From a virus (lineage: Duplodnaviria; Caudoviricetes): a DNA stretch of 64,000 bases. The notes beneath the pieces were generated by a model, which searched no databases, had not been told where the DNA came from, and saw nothing but the letters and a program-made list of their open reading frames with translations. Of this stretch, positions 29,502-40,458 are shown one piece after another. A program made the translations under genes and the position numbers. Position 1 is the first letter of the stretch, and each line of letters opens with the position of its first letter. The stretch lies in IMG/VR virus record IMGVR_UViG_3300021400_000027, positions 96,001 to 160,000 of that record; one strand, 5' to 3'.

Positions 29502-29607
29502 AAGTTAAAATAATTTGAGTTTTTAAAAATTTTTTGCTATAATATTTATAGTGAAAAGGAAAAAGTCCGAATTAACTTTAACTTACAATGAAAAGGAGAA
29601 ATGTGTA

Positions 29608-31077
29608 ATGAGTTTTGTAAATCAGTTCAAAAGAATGTCCGATATGACCACCACTGAAAATGGAGGTCTGGCTTATAAGTCTACCGGCTCTGACCTTTTA
29701 TCTCTGTTCGCTAATATTGGCGGTATGAGAGATAGAAATGATAGCGATATTATTTCTGCTTGGAAACTCGCAAGAAAGGAAGATAAGCTGTTAGCAGATA
29801 ACCTTATTCTCTATTCTCGTGATATTCGTAATGCCGGACTTGGTGAGCGTAGAATTGGCAGACTCTTATTAAAAGAGCTTGCTATGGTTGACCCTCGTAA
29901 GGTAGAGCGTAATCTCCAGAAGATTGTCGATGCCGGCAGATGGGACGACTTGTTCGTATTTGAGGGAACTCCTGCATGGGATGAAACCGTTCGCTTTATC
30001 CAGAATCAGTTCCGTACTGATGTCAATGGAATGAAGAAGAACGAACCTATTTCTCTGCTTGCAAAGTGGCTTCCTTCTATTAACGCTTCTTCTGAAAAGA
30101 CTAAGCGTCTGGCTCGTACTTTCTGCACCTTGTTCAGCTTAACTCCTCGTACTTATCGTAAGAGCCTCTCCGCTATGCGTAAGTACATTGATGTAGTTGA
30201 ACGTAAGATGTCAGCTGGTCAGTGGAATGAAATTAACTTTGAAACTGTTCCTTCTGTTGCAATGTCTCGTTATATTGCAACCTACAATAAGCGTTGTCAG
30301 GAACGCTTTGCCGAATACAAGGCTTCCCTTGAAAAGGGCGAAGCTAAGGTTAATGCGGCAACTCTCTTCCCTTATGACATTGCTTTAAAGTTCATAGGCA
30401 ATTGTAATGGCTATGGTTGTAGATATACTCATCTGGATGCAGTTGATGAAGCACAGTGGAAGGCTCTGCCTAACTATGTTTCTGACGAGTTCGATGTAGT
30501 TGTAATGGCAGACGTATCCGGCTCTATGTACTCTTCTGATAGTCGTCCTATGGCAACTTCTATTGGTCTGGCAACTTACTTTGCTCAACGCAACAAAGGT
30601 GCATATCACAATATGTATTTAAGTTTCACTGACCGTCCTCATTTCATTACCCTGCGTGACGAGATGTCGCTGGAAGATTGCTTAAAATACGTGTTAAAGG
30701 AGGGTGTTGGCTACAATACTGACCTTGACCTTGCTTTTGAAGCTATCTATAAAGTGGCAAGCACTGCCGGAGAAGCACCTAAAGCTCTTGTCATTATTAG
30801 TGATATGGAGATTGATTCTTTCTGCGGAGAGAATTATGAATCCATTGCTCAAAAATGGCAGAGAATTTACGCTAAAGCTGGATTAACTGCTCCTAAGTTA
30901 ATTTGGTGGAATGTAGATTCCAGAGAGGGTAGAGTTCTCGCTCGTCAGGACGAGAATGTAGGATTTGTATCAGGTTATGGTGTCGGTCCGTTCAAGAATC
31001 TTCAATCTCTGATTGAAAAAGACGCTTATACCGCAATGGTAGAAATCCTCTCTCAGGACGCTTTCACTTGGAATTAA
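29608..31077 (+). CDS. Ro60/TROVE-related protein with C-terminal vWA (DUF2828-type)
   Basis: TTTENGG..Y.ST, RDIR..G.GER, GRWDDL, LLAKWLPS, MIDAS ADVSGSM, ISDME, WNV; start moved to ATG 29608 after AAGGAG. Confidence 0.8.
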   Translation: MSFVNQFKRMSDMTTTENGGLAYKSTGSDLLSLFANIGGMRDRNDSDIISAWKLARKEDKLLADNLILYSRDIRNAGLGERRIGRLLLKELAMVDPRKVERNLQKIVDAGRWDDLFVFEGTPAWDETVRFIQNQFRTDVNGMKKNEPISLLAKWLPSINASSEKTKRLARTFCTLFSLTPRTYRKSLSAMRKYIDVVERKMSAGQWNEINFETVPSVAMSRYIATYNKRCQERFAEYKASLEKGEAKVNAATLFPYDIALKFIGNCNGYGCRYTHLDAVDEAQWKALPNYVSDEFDVVVMADVSGSMYSSDSRPMATSIGLATYFAQRNKGAYHNMYLSFTDRPHFITLRDEMSLEDCLKYVLKEGVGYNTDLDLAFEAIYKVASTAGEAPKALVIISDMEIDSFCGENYESIAQKWQRIYAKAGLTAPKLIWWNVDSREGRVLARQDENVGFVSGYGVGPFKNLQSLIEKDAYTAMVEILSQDAFTWN

Positions 31078-31099
31078 GGCGGTTACGCCGCCTTGATTT

Positions 31100-31314
31100 T
31101 AGGCTCTATACAGCAAAATCAATAGAAATATACATCAAATTGATTTTAGTTAAATAATTGGCATTTACCTGTAGTTGTCAAAACCTTGTAACAGGTTAAG
31201 TTACCGCACACTTCTTTTGTGTAAATGAAGTCCCTCCCGTTCCAGTTTGGGATTGTATAACTGGTGATAGTGGAATAAATTTTCTACCGAAGTCTGAGAA
31301 CAGCAAGAGCCTAG
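31100..31314 (+). ncRNA. CAGCA-stem RNA E12 (long cargo)
   Basis: TAGGCTCT-ATA-CAGCAA...AGAGCCTA-G with several internal hairpins. Confidence 0.65.
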
Positions 31315-31319
31315 TCTTA

Positions 31320-31367
31320 ACGATTCTTCAGCAGAATTGTTTCAAGAATTGAAAAAAAAGAATCGTG
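31320..31367 (+). ncRNA. CAGCA-stem RNA E13
   Basis: ACGATTCTT-CAGCAG...AAGAATCGT-G. Confidence 0.65.
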
Positions 31368-31426
31368 AGGGAGTTGAACAATTAAAAAAGTTCAATTCCC
31401 TTTTGTAATTTTTAAGGGGTGATACT

Positions 31427-31816
31427 GTGAGAATTAAGAGTAGGGTAAAGGATAAAAAAGAAATTGTAGTAAAAAAAGCGTGTGTTTTAGTATCTGATGA
31501 GAATTAGAATAATTTCTTTATTTTTGATACTGATGATACTAACATTAGATTTGGAACTGACTCGGCAGAAATTGTAATGTGGTTTAAGGATACACGTCCA
31601 TTTGATAGATATAATATTTCTGGGGCGAAGCCATATGATGTTAAAATTTTTTTAAGTAGGAATGATACTACTCCTATTATTACTTATAAACTTGAAGGAG
31701 GTTATTTCTCTTATCTTGGATTTTATAATCTTATAATAAAAGGGAAGATTACCTATTTTAAGAATTTAAAGATAAGTGGTGAGAAAAATGTATTGTTACG
31801 AAGTTCAAGGTTCTGA
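31427..31816 (+). CDS. hypothetical protein (TAG=Gln)
   Basis: GTG after RBS; one TAG links it in frame to track ORF 31577..31816. Confidence 0.55.
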
Positions 31817-32019
31817 CAGTAGAGGGCGTTTTACAGAATCCAAAAAAATTTATTGTCCAGAACCAATTCCAAATGTCAAGGTCGGTGACATTATTATATC
31901 CAGCAAGGACGGCATGAAGAAGAGGTTTATTATAAAAGGAGAACCAATTTGTGTTGCGCCGCCTTGCAATGTTGATGATATTATTGACAACATCTATATT
32001 TCAATTGAGGTGAAATAAA

Positions 32020-32388
32020 ATGTTTACTTTAGGTAATGTACTTTATTTTGGTGGAATTGCTTTCCTTGCAATTGGAGGAGTTAATTTAATTCAATGTTAC
32101 GGACAGTCAATTAAAAGAATTATTGTTTACTTAACTCTTGTAATTCTTGGTCTTGCCGGCTTCTGGTTCGGTGATGATATGAGGAGAAAAGAAATTTTCA
32201 CTTACACTATTGACCATTACCAAGATGGCTTTCCGGGCGGAGGAGTTCAGGTTACTTTTAAGGAAGAAACAACTCCAAGAATGATTAAAGCTAATATGGT
32301 TGAAAAATTTAAGGAGAAAGCCGCAGAGGATGGTAATCCTGATACAATTGAAATGACAAGAGCAGATAGAAAGGAGTATTTTGAGTAA
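32020..32388 (+). CDS. membrane protein
   Basis: Two TM segments. Confidence 0.6.
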   Translation: MFTLGNVLYFGGIAFLAIGGVNLIQCYGQSIKRIIVYLTLVILGLAGFWFGDDMRRKEIFTYTIDHYQDGFPGGGVQVTFKEETTPRMIKANMVEKFKEKAAEDGNPDTIEMTRADRKEYFE

Positions 32389-32819
32389 TGACAATTTTAA
32401 TTATAGGTATACTAATTATTATAGCAGCTTTAATTACGTTTAAAACAGAGGGTGCTAATGATGCTTCATTTTTTATTTTAATGTGCGGTATTGCTATTGC
32501 TTTTGTAGGTTTTATACTCGGTTGTATAACTTCTGAATATAAAGTTAGTGAGATGAAAGAATTAGAGAATGGATGGTATCAAGCCACTATTGAATTTGAT
32601 TCTTCTTCTACTAAAGTAATGTTAAGTCCCAATGAAGCAAAATTTTATATAGAAAATCCTACTGGGAAAATTTCTATGTATGATTTCGCTGAATCTTATT
32701 CTGAAAGAATTTCTAAGACTTATTATTATAAAGGAGGCAATCCTAATGAAGAAAATACGACTGAAATCGAGAGTGAAATAGAAGTAGGAACAAACGAAGA
32801 AAACTGGACTACGGAGTGA
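32388..32819 (+). CDS. membrane protein
   Basis: Two TM segments. Confidence 0.6.
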   Translation: MTILIIGILIIIAALITFKTEGANDASFFILMCGIAIAFVGFILGCITSEYKVSEMKELENGWYQATIEFDSSSTKVMLSPNEAKFYIENPTGKISMYDFAESYSERISKTYYYKGGNPNEENTTEIESEIEVGTNEENWTTE

Positions 32820-33475
32820 CTATGCAACTTGTTCAGAATGTTTACAAACTTTTCATTTAAGTTAGTTAAAACATAGTCTTTTCAGTCCGCATAGCTTCAA
32901 ATGTCCTTATTGTTGGCATGTTCAAGATTGGAATAGTTGGCTTGATAGCTGTAATCTTGTTTAACTTGTTGCGCCGGCACGCAAGCCGGCGTAACGTATT
33001 TTGGAGGGTTTCAAATGGAAAAGATTTATACTTGTCCTAAATGTGGACAAAAAACATTATATGAAAACTTAAAACCATATTATGGCTCTGGTTTTGTTCC
33101 TGCGGACCGAGCACATCAATGTCCAAATTGTCATCAAATTTTTCCTTTAAATCAATTTAAAGAGTTGAAGTAAAATGATAATGATTTTAGCAGGAATTTT
33201 TTGCTTAATATCTCTTGTGCTTAATTTACTTTCTTCTTTTTTATATTACAAAGACTATGAGAAAAATCATAAAGATGTTGATTTTACTAATTCTCTATTA
33301 CATTTTATTATGGCTTTACTTATGATACTTTGTATTATGCTTGATGTACAGGCTTTTGTTAATAAAAGAAATCCAATGCCGGCGCAACAAGCAGAAGTGA
33401 TACAAACAGAAATTTGATTTTTTAAAAATTTTTTGTTATAATATTTATAGAAAATAAATCAAAAGGAGAAATTTT

Positions 33476-34399
33476 ATGAAACAGAAACATTATGTAGATA
33501 TTGAACGTTTTAAGGCTAAATATGACGAAGCCATCAGCGTTGGTGACCTCATTCATGTAAGTGAGAAAATCGATGGTGCGAATGCTTCTTTCACCTATGA
33601 CCCTGAAACCGGCACAGTAAAGGCTTTCAGTCGTAAGAATGAACTCTCTGCTGACAATACACTTCGAGGATTCTATAATTACGTTCAGAGTATGCCTCTT
33701 GATTTCGTTAAGCGAGTAGTAACAAATAACGGCAAGTGGGTAATTTTCGGAGAATGGCTTGTCCCTCATTCAGTTAAATATCCTGATGAAGCATATCATC
33801 ATTTTTACATCTATGATATATGGGACACAGAAAATGAAATCTGGTGTGACCAGAATTTCGTAAATCTCATGTGCTCTATATTTAAATTATATTCTGTTGA
33901 TGTGCGTCAGCCGGAATGCTTCTACTATGGAAAATTTAATGGTTGGGAAGAGCTTTATAAACTTGTAGGTAAAACCGCCATTGGGGCTACCCCGTGCGGC
34001 GAAGGTATCGTTATAAAGAACCAATCCGTACTTGACCAGAAGAATCGCCGACTGCCTACTTACATTAAAATTGTAAGTGAAAAGTTTGCAGAAGTTCATA
34101 AAAATAAGCCTAAGACTGTTGACCCCGAAGTGTTGAAACAGCGTGAAGCTTCTCGTCAGCTTGCGGCAACAATTGTCACTGAACAGCGTGTTCAGAAATT
34201 CCTGAATAAATTTGTTGACGAGGGTATCCTCCCTGAAGACTGGGACGAACGCAATTTCGGAACAATTGCAAAGACCTTACCTCGTGAAATTTACAATGAC
34301 TGTGTAAAGGAAGAGCCGGAAACAACTAATCAAATTGAGGATTTCGGCAAAATTTGTGGCAAACTTACTATGGAACTTGTAAGGAGTCTAATAAAATGA
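33476..34399 (+). CDS. RNA ligase, Rnl2-like family
   Basis: Motif I EKIDGAN, FSRK, FGEW, FYIYDI, GEGIVIK, KIV. Confidence 0.85.
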   Translation: MKQKHYVDIERFKAKYDEAISVGDLIHVSEKIDGANASFTYDPETGTVKAFSRKNELSADNTLRGFYNYVQSMPLDFVKRVVTNNGKWVIFGEWLVPHSVKYPDEAYHHFYIYDIWDTENEIWCDQNFVNLMCSIFKLYSVDVRQPECFYYGKFNGWEELYKLVGKTAIGATPCGEGIVIKNQSVLDQKNRRLPTYIKIVSEKFAEVHKNKPKTVDPEVLKQREASRQLAATIVTEQRVQKFLNKFVDEGILPEDWDERNFGTIAKTLPREIYNDCVKEEPETTNQIEDFGKICGKLTMELVRSLIK

Positions 34400-35146
34400 G
34401 AAAAGTGTTTGAATTTTTACTTCTGCTTGCCGGATTATATTCCGGCATAGCACTCATTTTTAATAGCTACGCCGAGTGGCTTACTAATCTAATAAATTTT
34501 ATGAATGAACCTTCCGCCGGCTCTGCTATTGCAACAGTTTTGTGGCTTGTCTTTGCCGGCATATCAACTCACCTAACATCAAGAATGTTAAGTAAATAAA
34601 TAGGAGGAATTGATTTATGCAAGTTATTGAAAAATGGGGTTCTATTTATGTACCCGCAGATTATGAACGTTATGGTACTCGTTGTTGCATTTGCAACAAG
34701 CCGGCACAGTATGTGGATATTTTCTCTGAACAGGGAATTTGTTCCTTTGAATGTGCTGAAAAGCACAATCGTGAAATGGAAAAGTTGGAGATTGAAATGG
34801 AGAGAAAGTGTCCTGCCTGTCCTGAATAAGTAAAAAAATGTCGAATTTTGTCGATTAAAAATTTGATTTTCTTTTATTTTTATAGTATAATATATATACA
34901 ATAAGAAAAAAGGAGAGAAAAATTATGTATGTAGAAATGGTTGAGTTATATTCTGTAAGCCCTGAAGGATTTAGTGGTAATTGGGAATATCGTGACCGCT
35001 TAATCTTTACACTTCCGGCAGAATCCGACATGGATGAAGCTCTTGAAAGAGCAAAAACTGATTTCGCTTTAAAATATGGCGTTGACCGTCAACTCGTTAA
35101 GGTATATAGAGATACCAGCGAATGCTTCTAAGAAAGGAGAACCCCT

Positions 35147-36268
35147 ATGGCACAGCAATTATTAGAGTTACAAAAATTTATTCTGGCTAATCCTTCTGAT
35201 TGGAAGGAAAAATTGCAGGCTAAACCCTACTGCCTGAAAATTCAGGAAGATGATGATTTAGTATTGTTCAAGTATTCCCAGATTGATTCTGACTTCTCTG
35301 AGACAATTTGCCGTGAAGCCAGAGGGGTTATTCTTGAACGTGATACTTGGAAAATTGTAAGATTTGCTTTTCGTAAATTTTTTAATCTTGGTGAACCTCA
35401 TGCCGATAAAATTGATTGGGAATCTGCTACTGCGACTTCTAAAGAGGACGGCTCTTTAATTTCTCTTTACTACTATAAAGGCTGGCAAATTGCTACTAAT
35501 GGTAATCTGTATGCTTGGAACGCTCCTTTAGGTGTCGCCGGATTCCAGACTTTTGAAGATTTAGCTATGGAAGCACTTTTAAAATATAATGTAGATTTTC
35601 ATTCTTTGAATAAGAATTATACTTATACTTTTGAACTTTGCTCACCTTATAATCAAATCGTATGTTCCTATCCCGATATTCAGCTTTTCCATACTGTTAC
35701 TGTTGATAATAGAACTCTTGAAGAAGTTGACGCTGAAATAGGAGTACCTAAACCTAAATTTTATGATTTAAATTCCAAAGTTGAGTATGAGGAATTGGTT
35801 AATTCTTTACCGGAAAATACTGAAGGTATCGTTGTTCGTGACAAGTTTGGTAAACGAGTAAAAATTAAGACTAAACTCTATTTTGAACTTCATAGACTTG
35901 TAAATAATGGGCATATTGATGTAGAAAAAGCATTGCAGTTAATTCTGGAAAATGACTACGAGGAACTTCTCGCTTATTATCCTAATTATACTAATTTCTT
36001 TTCACAGGTCAAGGACGCATATAAAAATGCTCTTGATTATATTAAAGAAGTAAAAAGTTGGACTACAGAGTGGGAGAGGGAAAATCTCTTTACTGCTACT
36101 CGTGAAGGATTCGCTACTGCTCGTAAAATCTTCGCCGCCGCCGTAAAAGATAAACCTATTCCTTCCCTATACTTTTTAGCTTATGACGGCAAACTGAAAA
36201 AATTTGAAGATGATTTAACTGCAAAGAAAATTTTATCTGTATTCAGAAACTATTTTGAGGGGATTTAA
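35147..36268 (+). CDS. RNA ligase, T4 Rnl1 (RnlA)-like family
   Basis: EARGVI, KFFN, KEDGSL, FEL.SPYN.IV, EGIVV, VKIK...Y. Confidence 0.85.
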   Translation: MAQQLLELQKFILANPSDWKEKLQAKPYCLKIQEDDDLVLFKYSQIDSDFSETICREARGVILERDTWKIVRFAFRKFFNLGEPHADKIDWESATATSKEDGSLISLYYYKGWQIATNGNLYAWNAPLGVAGFQTFEDLAMEALLKYNVDFHSLNKNYTYTFELCSPYNQIVCSYPDIQLFHTVTVDNRTLEEVDAEIGVPKPKFYDLNSKVEYEELVNSLPENTEGIVVRDKFGKRVKIKTKLYFELHRLVNNGHIDVEKALQLILENDYEELLAYYPNYTNFFSQVKDAYKNALDYIKEVKSWTTEWERENLFTATREGFATARKIFAAAVKDKPIPSLYFLAYDGKLKKFEDDLTAKKILSVFRNYFEGI

Positions 36269-36607
36269 ATGGAAGAAAAGATAAGTAAATGGCTTGAAGA
36301 AGCCTTATCTAAAGAATGGATTTGGCTTCTTCGTGATGGTCTGCTAATGAAAGCAGATGATATAGACAATTTCCCTCTTGACCTACAATCAGAGCTTGAT
36401 GATGTTCTTGGATACGGTGGTATTGAAAAGGACAAACGCTCTGTTAAGGTCGAGTATTATGGGAATGATATTGATGGACTCGTAATAGCAAGTATTAACT
36501 GGATTGATTCTACTGGTAAACTTCATTCCATTATGGAGAATTTATACGGACATCGAGCTACTTGTCGTACATTATCAGACATTTGCGGAAGATATTATGA
36601 CGACTAA
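36269..36607 (+). CDS. hypothetical protein
   Basis: ORF with RBS. Confidence 0.55.
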   Translation: MEEKISKWLEEALSKEWIWLLRDGLLMKADDIDNFPLDLQSELDDVLGYGGIEKDKRSVKVEYYGNDIDGLVIASINWIDSTGKLHSIMENLYGHRATCRTLSDICGRYYDD

Positions 36608-36728
36608 ATAAGTGCCGGCACAACATTTGAAGAGGATTTTTCAGAAAATTTTTTGACTTTTTATAAAATTTTTGTTATAATATATATAGAAAAGATGAGA
36701 AAAACCCAATCTGAAAGGAACGGTGCTT

Positions 36729-37505
36729 ATGGTATATAATAAAAGCGAAGTTATGGATTTTGTTAAACGTGCTCTCGGTAAAAATGCAGATGGCGTTTAT
36801 TTAAGTCAGACAGAACTGAATGATGGCTGGGAAGACAGTCTCTACAGTGATGAAGACTGCTCCTATGCAGTAAATGAATGGGGAGCAGACTATGAGTCTT
36901 CTCGTGGAATTTCTCGTTTTGTTATTATTCCTAATGACAAAGACTATGTTATTAAACTTCCTATTACTGGCATTTATGAAGCAATTTCTAGTGACGAAGA
37001 CGAAGACGAAGACGAAGATGAGGAAGAAGAAGAATATAAAGCTTGCTACAGCGTAATTGCGAAAGCAAATGAAGAGTGCGATGACCCGTCCGCAGACGAA
37101 ATTTCTATCTATGAAAATGCTTCTAAATTAGAAAAACAAATTCTTCTGCAAACTATTTATGTTGGTGACTATAACGGCATTCCCGTCTATGTTCAGCAAA
37201 AAATCACTGAAACTCTTGGTCATTCTGACCATGATAATGATGATATTTCTGAGGATAGTCGTAAAATTATCAGAGACACAATTCGTAAAGCAACTAACGG
37301 TGAATGGTGCAGCACTCCTTGTCCTGAAATGTTCGTTCTTGACATTATCAATTTCTATGGTATTAAAAAGGCTCAGGCTATGCTGAAATTCCTCTACACT
37401 CTTGATGACCTGCACAGTAATAACGTTGGTTACATTGGTAATAGACCAGTAGTAGTTGACTACGGCGGATTCGCAGGTTCAAGTTACTTGTGGATTTGGG
37501 ACTAA
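36729..37505 (+). CDS. protein-kinase-like protein with acidic insert
   Basis: G.SR.V, YVIKLP, DLHSNNVG, VVVDYG. Confidence 0.7.
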   Translation: MVYNKSEVMDFVKRALGKNADGVYLSQTELNDGWEDSLYSDEDCSYAVNEWGADYESSRGISRFVIIPNDKDYVIKLPITGIYEAISSDEDEDEDEDEEEEEYKACYSVIAKANEECDDPSADEISIYENASKLEKQILLQTIYVGDYNGIPVYVQQKITETLGHSDHDNDDISEDSRKIIRDTIRKATNGEWCSTPCPEMFVLDIINFYGIKKAQAMLKFLYTLDDLHSNNVGYIGNRPVVVDYGGFAGSSYLWIWD

Positions 37506-37924
37506 TTTCATAGAAAACAAAGGAAGTTAAAAATTTGAAATTAAAAATAAAATATGCTATAATATATATACAAACTTAAGAAAAGGAGAAAATCTTATGG
37601 ATACTTTTTCTATGTATATTCAGTCTGATGAATTTGAACCGACAATCTCTCAGGAAGAGATTGAAGAAGTTCTGCGAGAACTGTATGAAGAAGAAATGAG
37701 AACTGCTCCGAGATGGGAGGATATTTGTGGCTAAGGAAAAGACCCCCTCTTATGATAAAGAGGAAATCAAGAATCGGCGTGAACAGCGTAATCAGAAAAA
37801 GCGTGATAAAAGAAATCAGCCTAAAGATTACGAAAGTAAGCAAAAGAAAGACTATCGGCGTAGAAAACAGCATGATAGTGAAGAATCCAGATGGAATTAT
37901 TGATTGAAAAGGAGAGATTTACTA

Positions 37925-38257
37925 ATGGCAAAAAAGGTAATTAAGTGGGGAAATTGGACTGAACTTGAAAAGGCTCTTAATATTAAGAGCAAGCCTGCTC
38001 CTGTACAGAATGCAGTGAAGAAAAAGGCTCAAATTGAGAAGTTTTCTAAGTGTAAAGTATGCGGTGGTCAGATGACCTATGTTAAGGGCACTAATGCTCT
38101 TGTGTGCAATTGTGAAGTCGAAAAGGAAAGAGAAAAATCGGTAACTAATCCTGACGGCTCTGTAACTAAGACCAAGTACAAGGTTAAAGAACCTTGTGGT
38201 AATATCAATCTGGTAGCTGATGAATATCAGTCTTACATGAGATACTTATTTGACTAA
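37925..38257 (+). CDS. zinc-ribbon protein
   Basis: CKVCG...C...CG. Confidence 0.55.
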   Translation: MAKKVIKWGNWTELEKALNIKSKPAPVQNAVKKKAQIEKFSKCKVCGGQMTYVKGTNALVCNCEVEKEREKSVTNPDGSVTKTKYKVKEPCGNINLVADEYQSYMRYLFD

Positions 38258-38273
38258 TGGAGGGAATGTTTAT

Positions 38274-38795
38274 ATGAAATATATTTGTCCTATTTGTGGT
38301 AAATCTTATAGCAAACCGGCAGACCTCGCCGCTTGCGTTCAGAAGTGTGCAAATGAAGCTGATAATAAGGAACAGCGTGCAGTTGCTCTTTACAGCGAAA
38401 TTAACAAGGCTTATACCAATCTTAAAGGTTTAATTGCAGAGTATAATGCTCTGGGTACTGATACAATCTTTACCTCAACTCTCAACCATACGGCAAAAAA
38501 GCCGGCAGAAAAGCCTGCAGAAAAGCCAACTTTTATCTTTAAAGGTTATAGCCCTAATTGGTCAACCTTTGACTCTTGGAACATTGGCGACAGTGACAAG
38601 GCTAAACAGATAAAATTCTCAAATAAACTGGATACCGATTCTGAATTTGAGAAATTCCTTAAAGATTCTCTTAAAATTAAAGAACCAGAATCCAAAGCAA
38701 CAGACTCAATAGACGATGAAGATGTCGCAGAAATTTTAGCTAATCTGTTTATGGGAATACTTGGGGGTTCTGATGAAATTAAAAAATCTTTATAA
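38274..38795 (+). CDS. protein with N-terminal zinc finger
   Basis: YICPICGKSY......C...C. Confidence 0.6.
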   Translation: MKYICPICGKSYSKPADLAACVQKCANEADNKEQRAVALYSEINKAYTNLKGLIAEYNALGTDTIFTSTLNHTAKKPAEKPAEKPTFIFKGYSPNWSTFDSWNIGDSDKAKQIKFSNKLDTDSEFEKFLKDSLKIKEPESKATDSIDDEDVAEILANLFMGILGGSDEIKKSL

Positions 38796-39165
38796 CGTAG
38801 AATATATCTATAATATTGACGCTGGCACGGTAACTGCCGTTGCCAGAGTCGAAAGATTTGATAAGAATTTTCTTCGATTTAGGAATTATTATTCTTATAT
38901 TACTGGAAATTATTCTAAATCAAAAACTGTATTTTCTGGCGTTGCAAGATTGAAAGCTGGAGATGAAAATAATCCTGAACTGGCAAAACGAATCGCCAGA
39001 TGTAAGGCTCTACGACAAGCAAATAACTATTATGGGAATTTACTTTTTAAAATGACAGATGGTATTTCTCGCTTAATGCTTGACATGTCTCGTATGGGAA
39101 TTGGAACTCTTTGTAGAGCAATGAGTTATGATGAAGAAATAAATAAATTAACGAAAGGAGAGTAA
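38773..39165 (+). CDS. hypothetical phage protein
   Basis: GVARL..GD.....AKRIA..KA pattern. Confidence 0.55.
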   Translation: MKLKNLYNVEYIYNIDAGTVTAVARVERFDKNFLRFRNYYSYITGNYSKSKTVFSGVARLKAGDENNPELAKRIARCKALRQANNYYGNLLFKMTDGISRLMLDMSRMGIGTLCRAMSYDEEINKLTKGE

Positions 39166-39403
39166 GAATGGGTACAGCATTAGGTGTTGCCGCAATTGGC
39201 ACGGGAGTTCTTACTCTCTTTATTATATTATCCTGTTGTGTCGCCGCAAGTGATGCAGATGATGATATGGAACAGCTAATGAAAGATTATAAAGGAGAAG
39301 GAAAAGTACCCACACAATCTGAAAATTGACTTTCTAAAAAATTTTTGTTATAATATATATAGAAAATGAAACAGAAACCAGTTATGCTGAAAGGAGCAAA
39401 CGT

Positions 39404-40096
39404 ATGGTAATTATGGCTTTATTATCCAACAAATCCGTATCTAACGCCGCTGATGCTTTCAACTTAATGAAAGAGCGGTCAGTAGATTCCGAATTTACTG
39501 GCAATTACAACTGCGGTGGCTATGCTCTTGAAACCTATAACTGGTTTCTTCCATTTTTCAACGGGAGCACTTTCTCTGCCTATATGTGGCGGCAGGTATG
39601 TGAGTATAACGGCTGGGATTATGATTATGATTGTCTGGAAAACGGCACTACAGAGGGAGAAGTTATTTTTTCTGATTATGAAGATGAAATCATTCAGCTT
39701 TTGGCAGAAGAAATTCTCGCAAATCCGCAAGACGAAGATGAGGAAGATGAAGACTATGCTTATGACCTCGCTGCTGAATTTTTCTGGAATGGAGACTTTA
39801 ATCATCCTGCAGCAGTTGCAGTAGCAATTAAGTTAATGATTCAGAACTTTAATCTTAGACCAATTGAATGTTTTGATGACCTTAATGAAGATGAGTATGG
39901 AATTGCATTTGCAACCCAGACGGGTGGCGGCGATTTTCACTTCTTCAAATATCGTGACGGAATCTTTTCTCACAAGATGGGGAATTGTTATGTTGAAGAA
40001 TTTGACGTACCGCCGACACTTGATAACATTAGTAATCTCTTTGCTGGAATGGGCTATGATTCTAATGTCTACCTTTTTGCAAAGAAAAAACAATAA
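39404..40096 (+). CDS. putative Cys-His (papain-like) enzyme with acidic insert
   Basis: YNCGGYAL...DFHFFKY...FSHKMG. Confidence 0.45.
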   Translation: MVIMALLSNKSVSNAADAFNLMKERSVDSEFTGNYNCGGYALETYNWFLPFFNGSTFSAYMWRQVCEYNGWDYDYDCLENGTTEGEVIFSDYEDEIIQLLAEEILANPQDEDEEDEDYAYDLAAEFFWNGDFNHPAAVAVAIKLMIQNFNLRPIECFDDLNEDEYGIAFATQTGGGDFHFFKYRDGIFSHKMGNCYVEEFDVPPTLDNISNLFAGMGYDSNVYLFAKKKQ

Positions 40097-40458
40097 AATA
40101 TTTGAAAAATTTTAAAAAAAATGTTATAATATATATAGAAAGTTAAAGAAAAAGATTTAAAAAAAATCGCAAGGAAATGCGTAAGAACCTGCTCTATGCT
40201 TAGGAATAAGCGTTCCGCCGAGAGCGAAGTGGTGCGGAACATTCAATTCAATTAAAACCTACGAGCCTTGAAAGGAGTTTTGCCTAATGGAAAGAAACGT
40301 TATTAAGCCTAGCTTCGTAAAAGTCTTTTCTGTAGAAAAGAATGCTCAAAAGTTCGCCAAAGAAAGTGGCGGTAAGGTAGTCGTACGGTATGAATGGGAC
40401 GACATGCGGCGAAAAATCGTTCGTCAGTATGTTGTTAAGTATTGAGAGGAGAAAACAT

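Noticed and set aside
23118-31367. CAGCA-stem elements as CRISPR repeats, IS ends or terminators
   Set aside because: Stem sequences covary instead of staying identical, spacing is irregular, there is no transposase or target duplication, and most lack a U tract and sit mid-operon.
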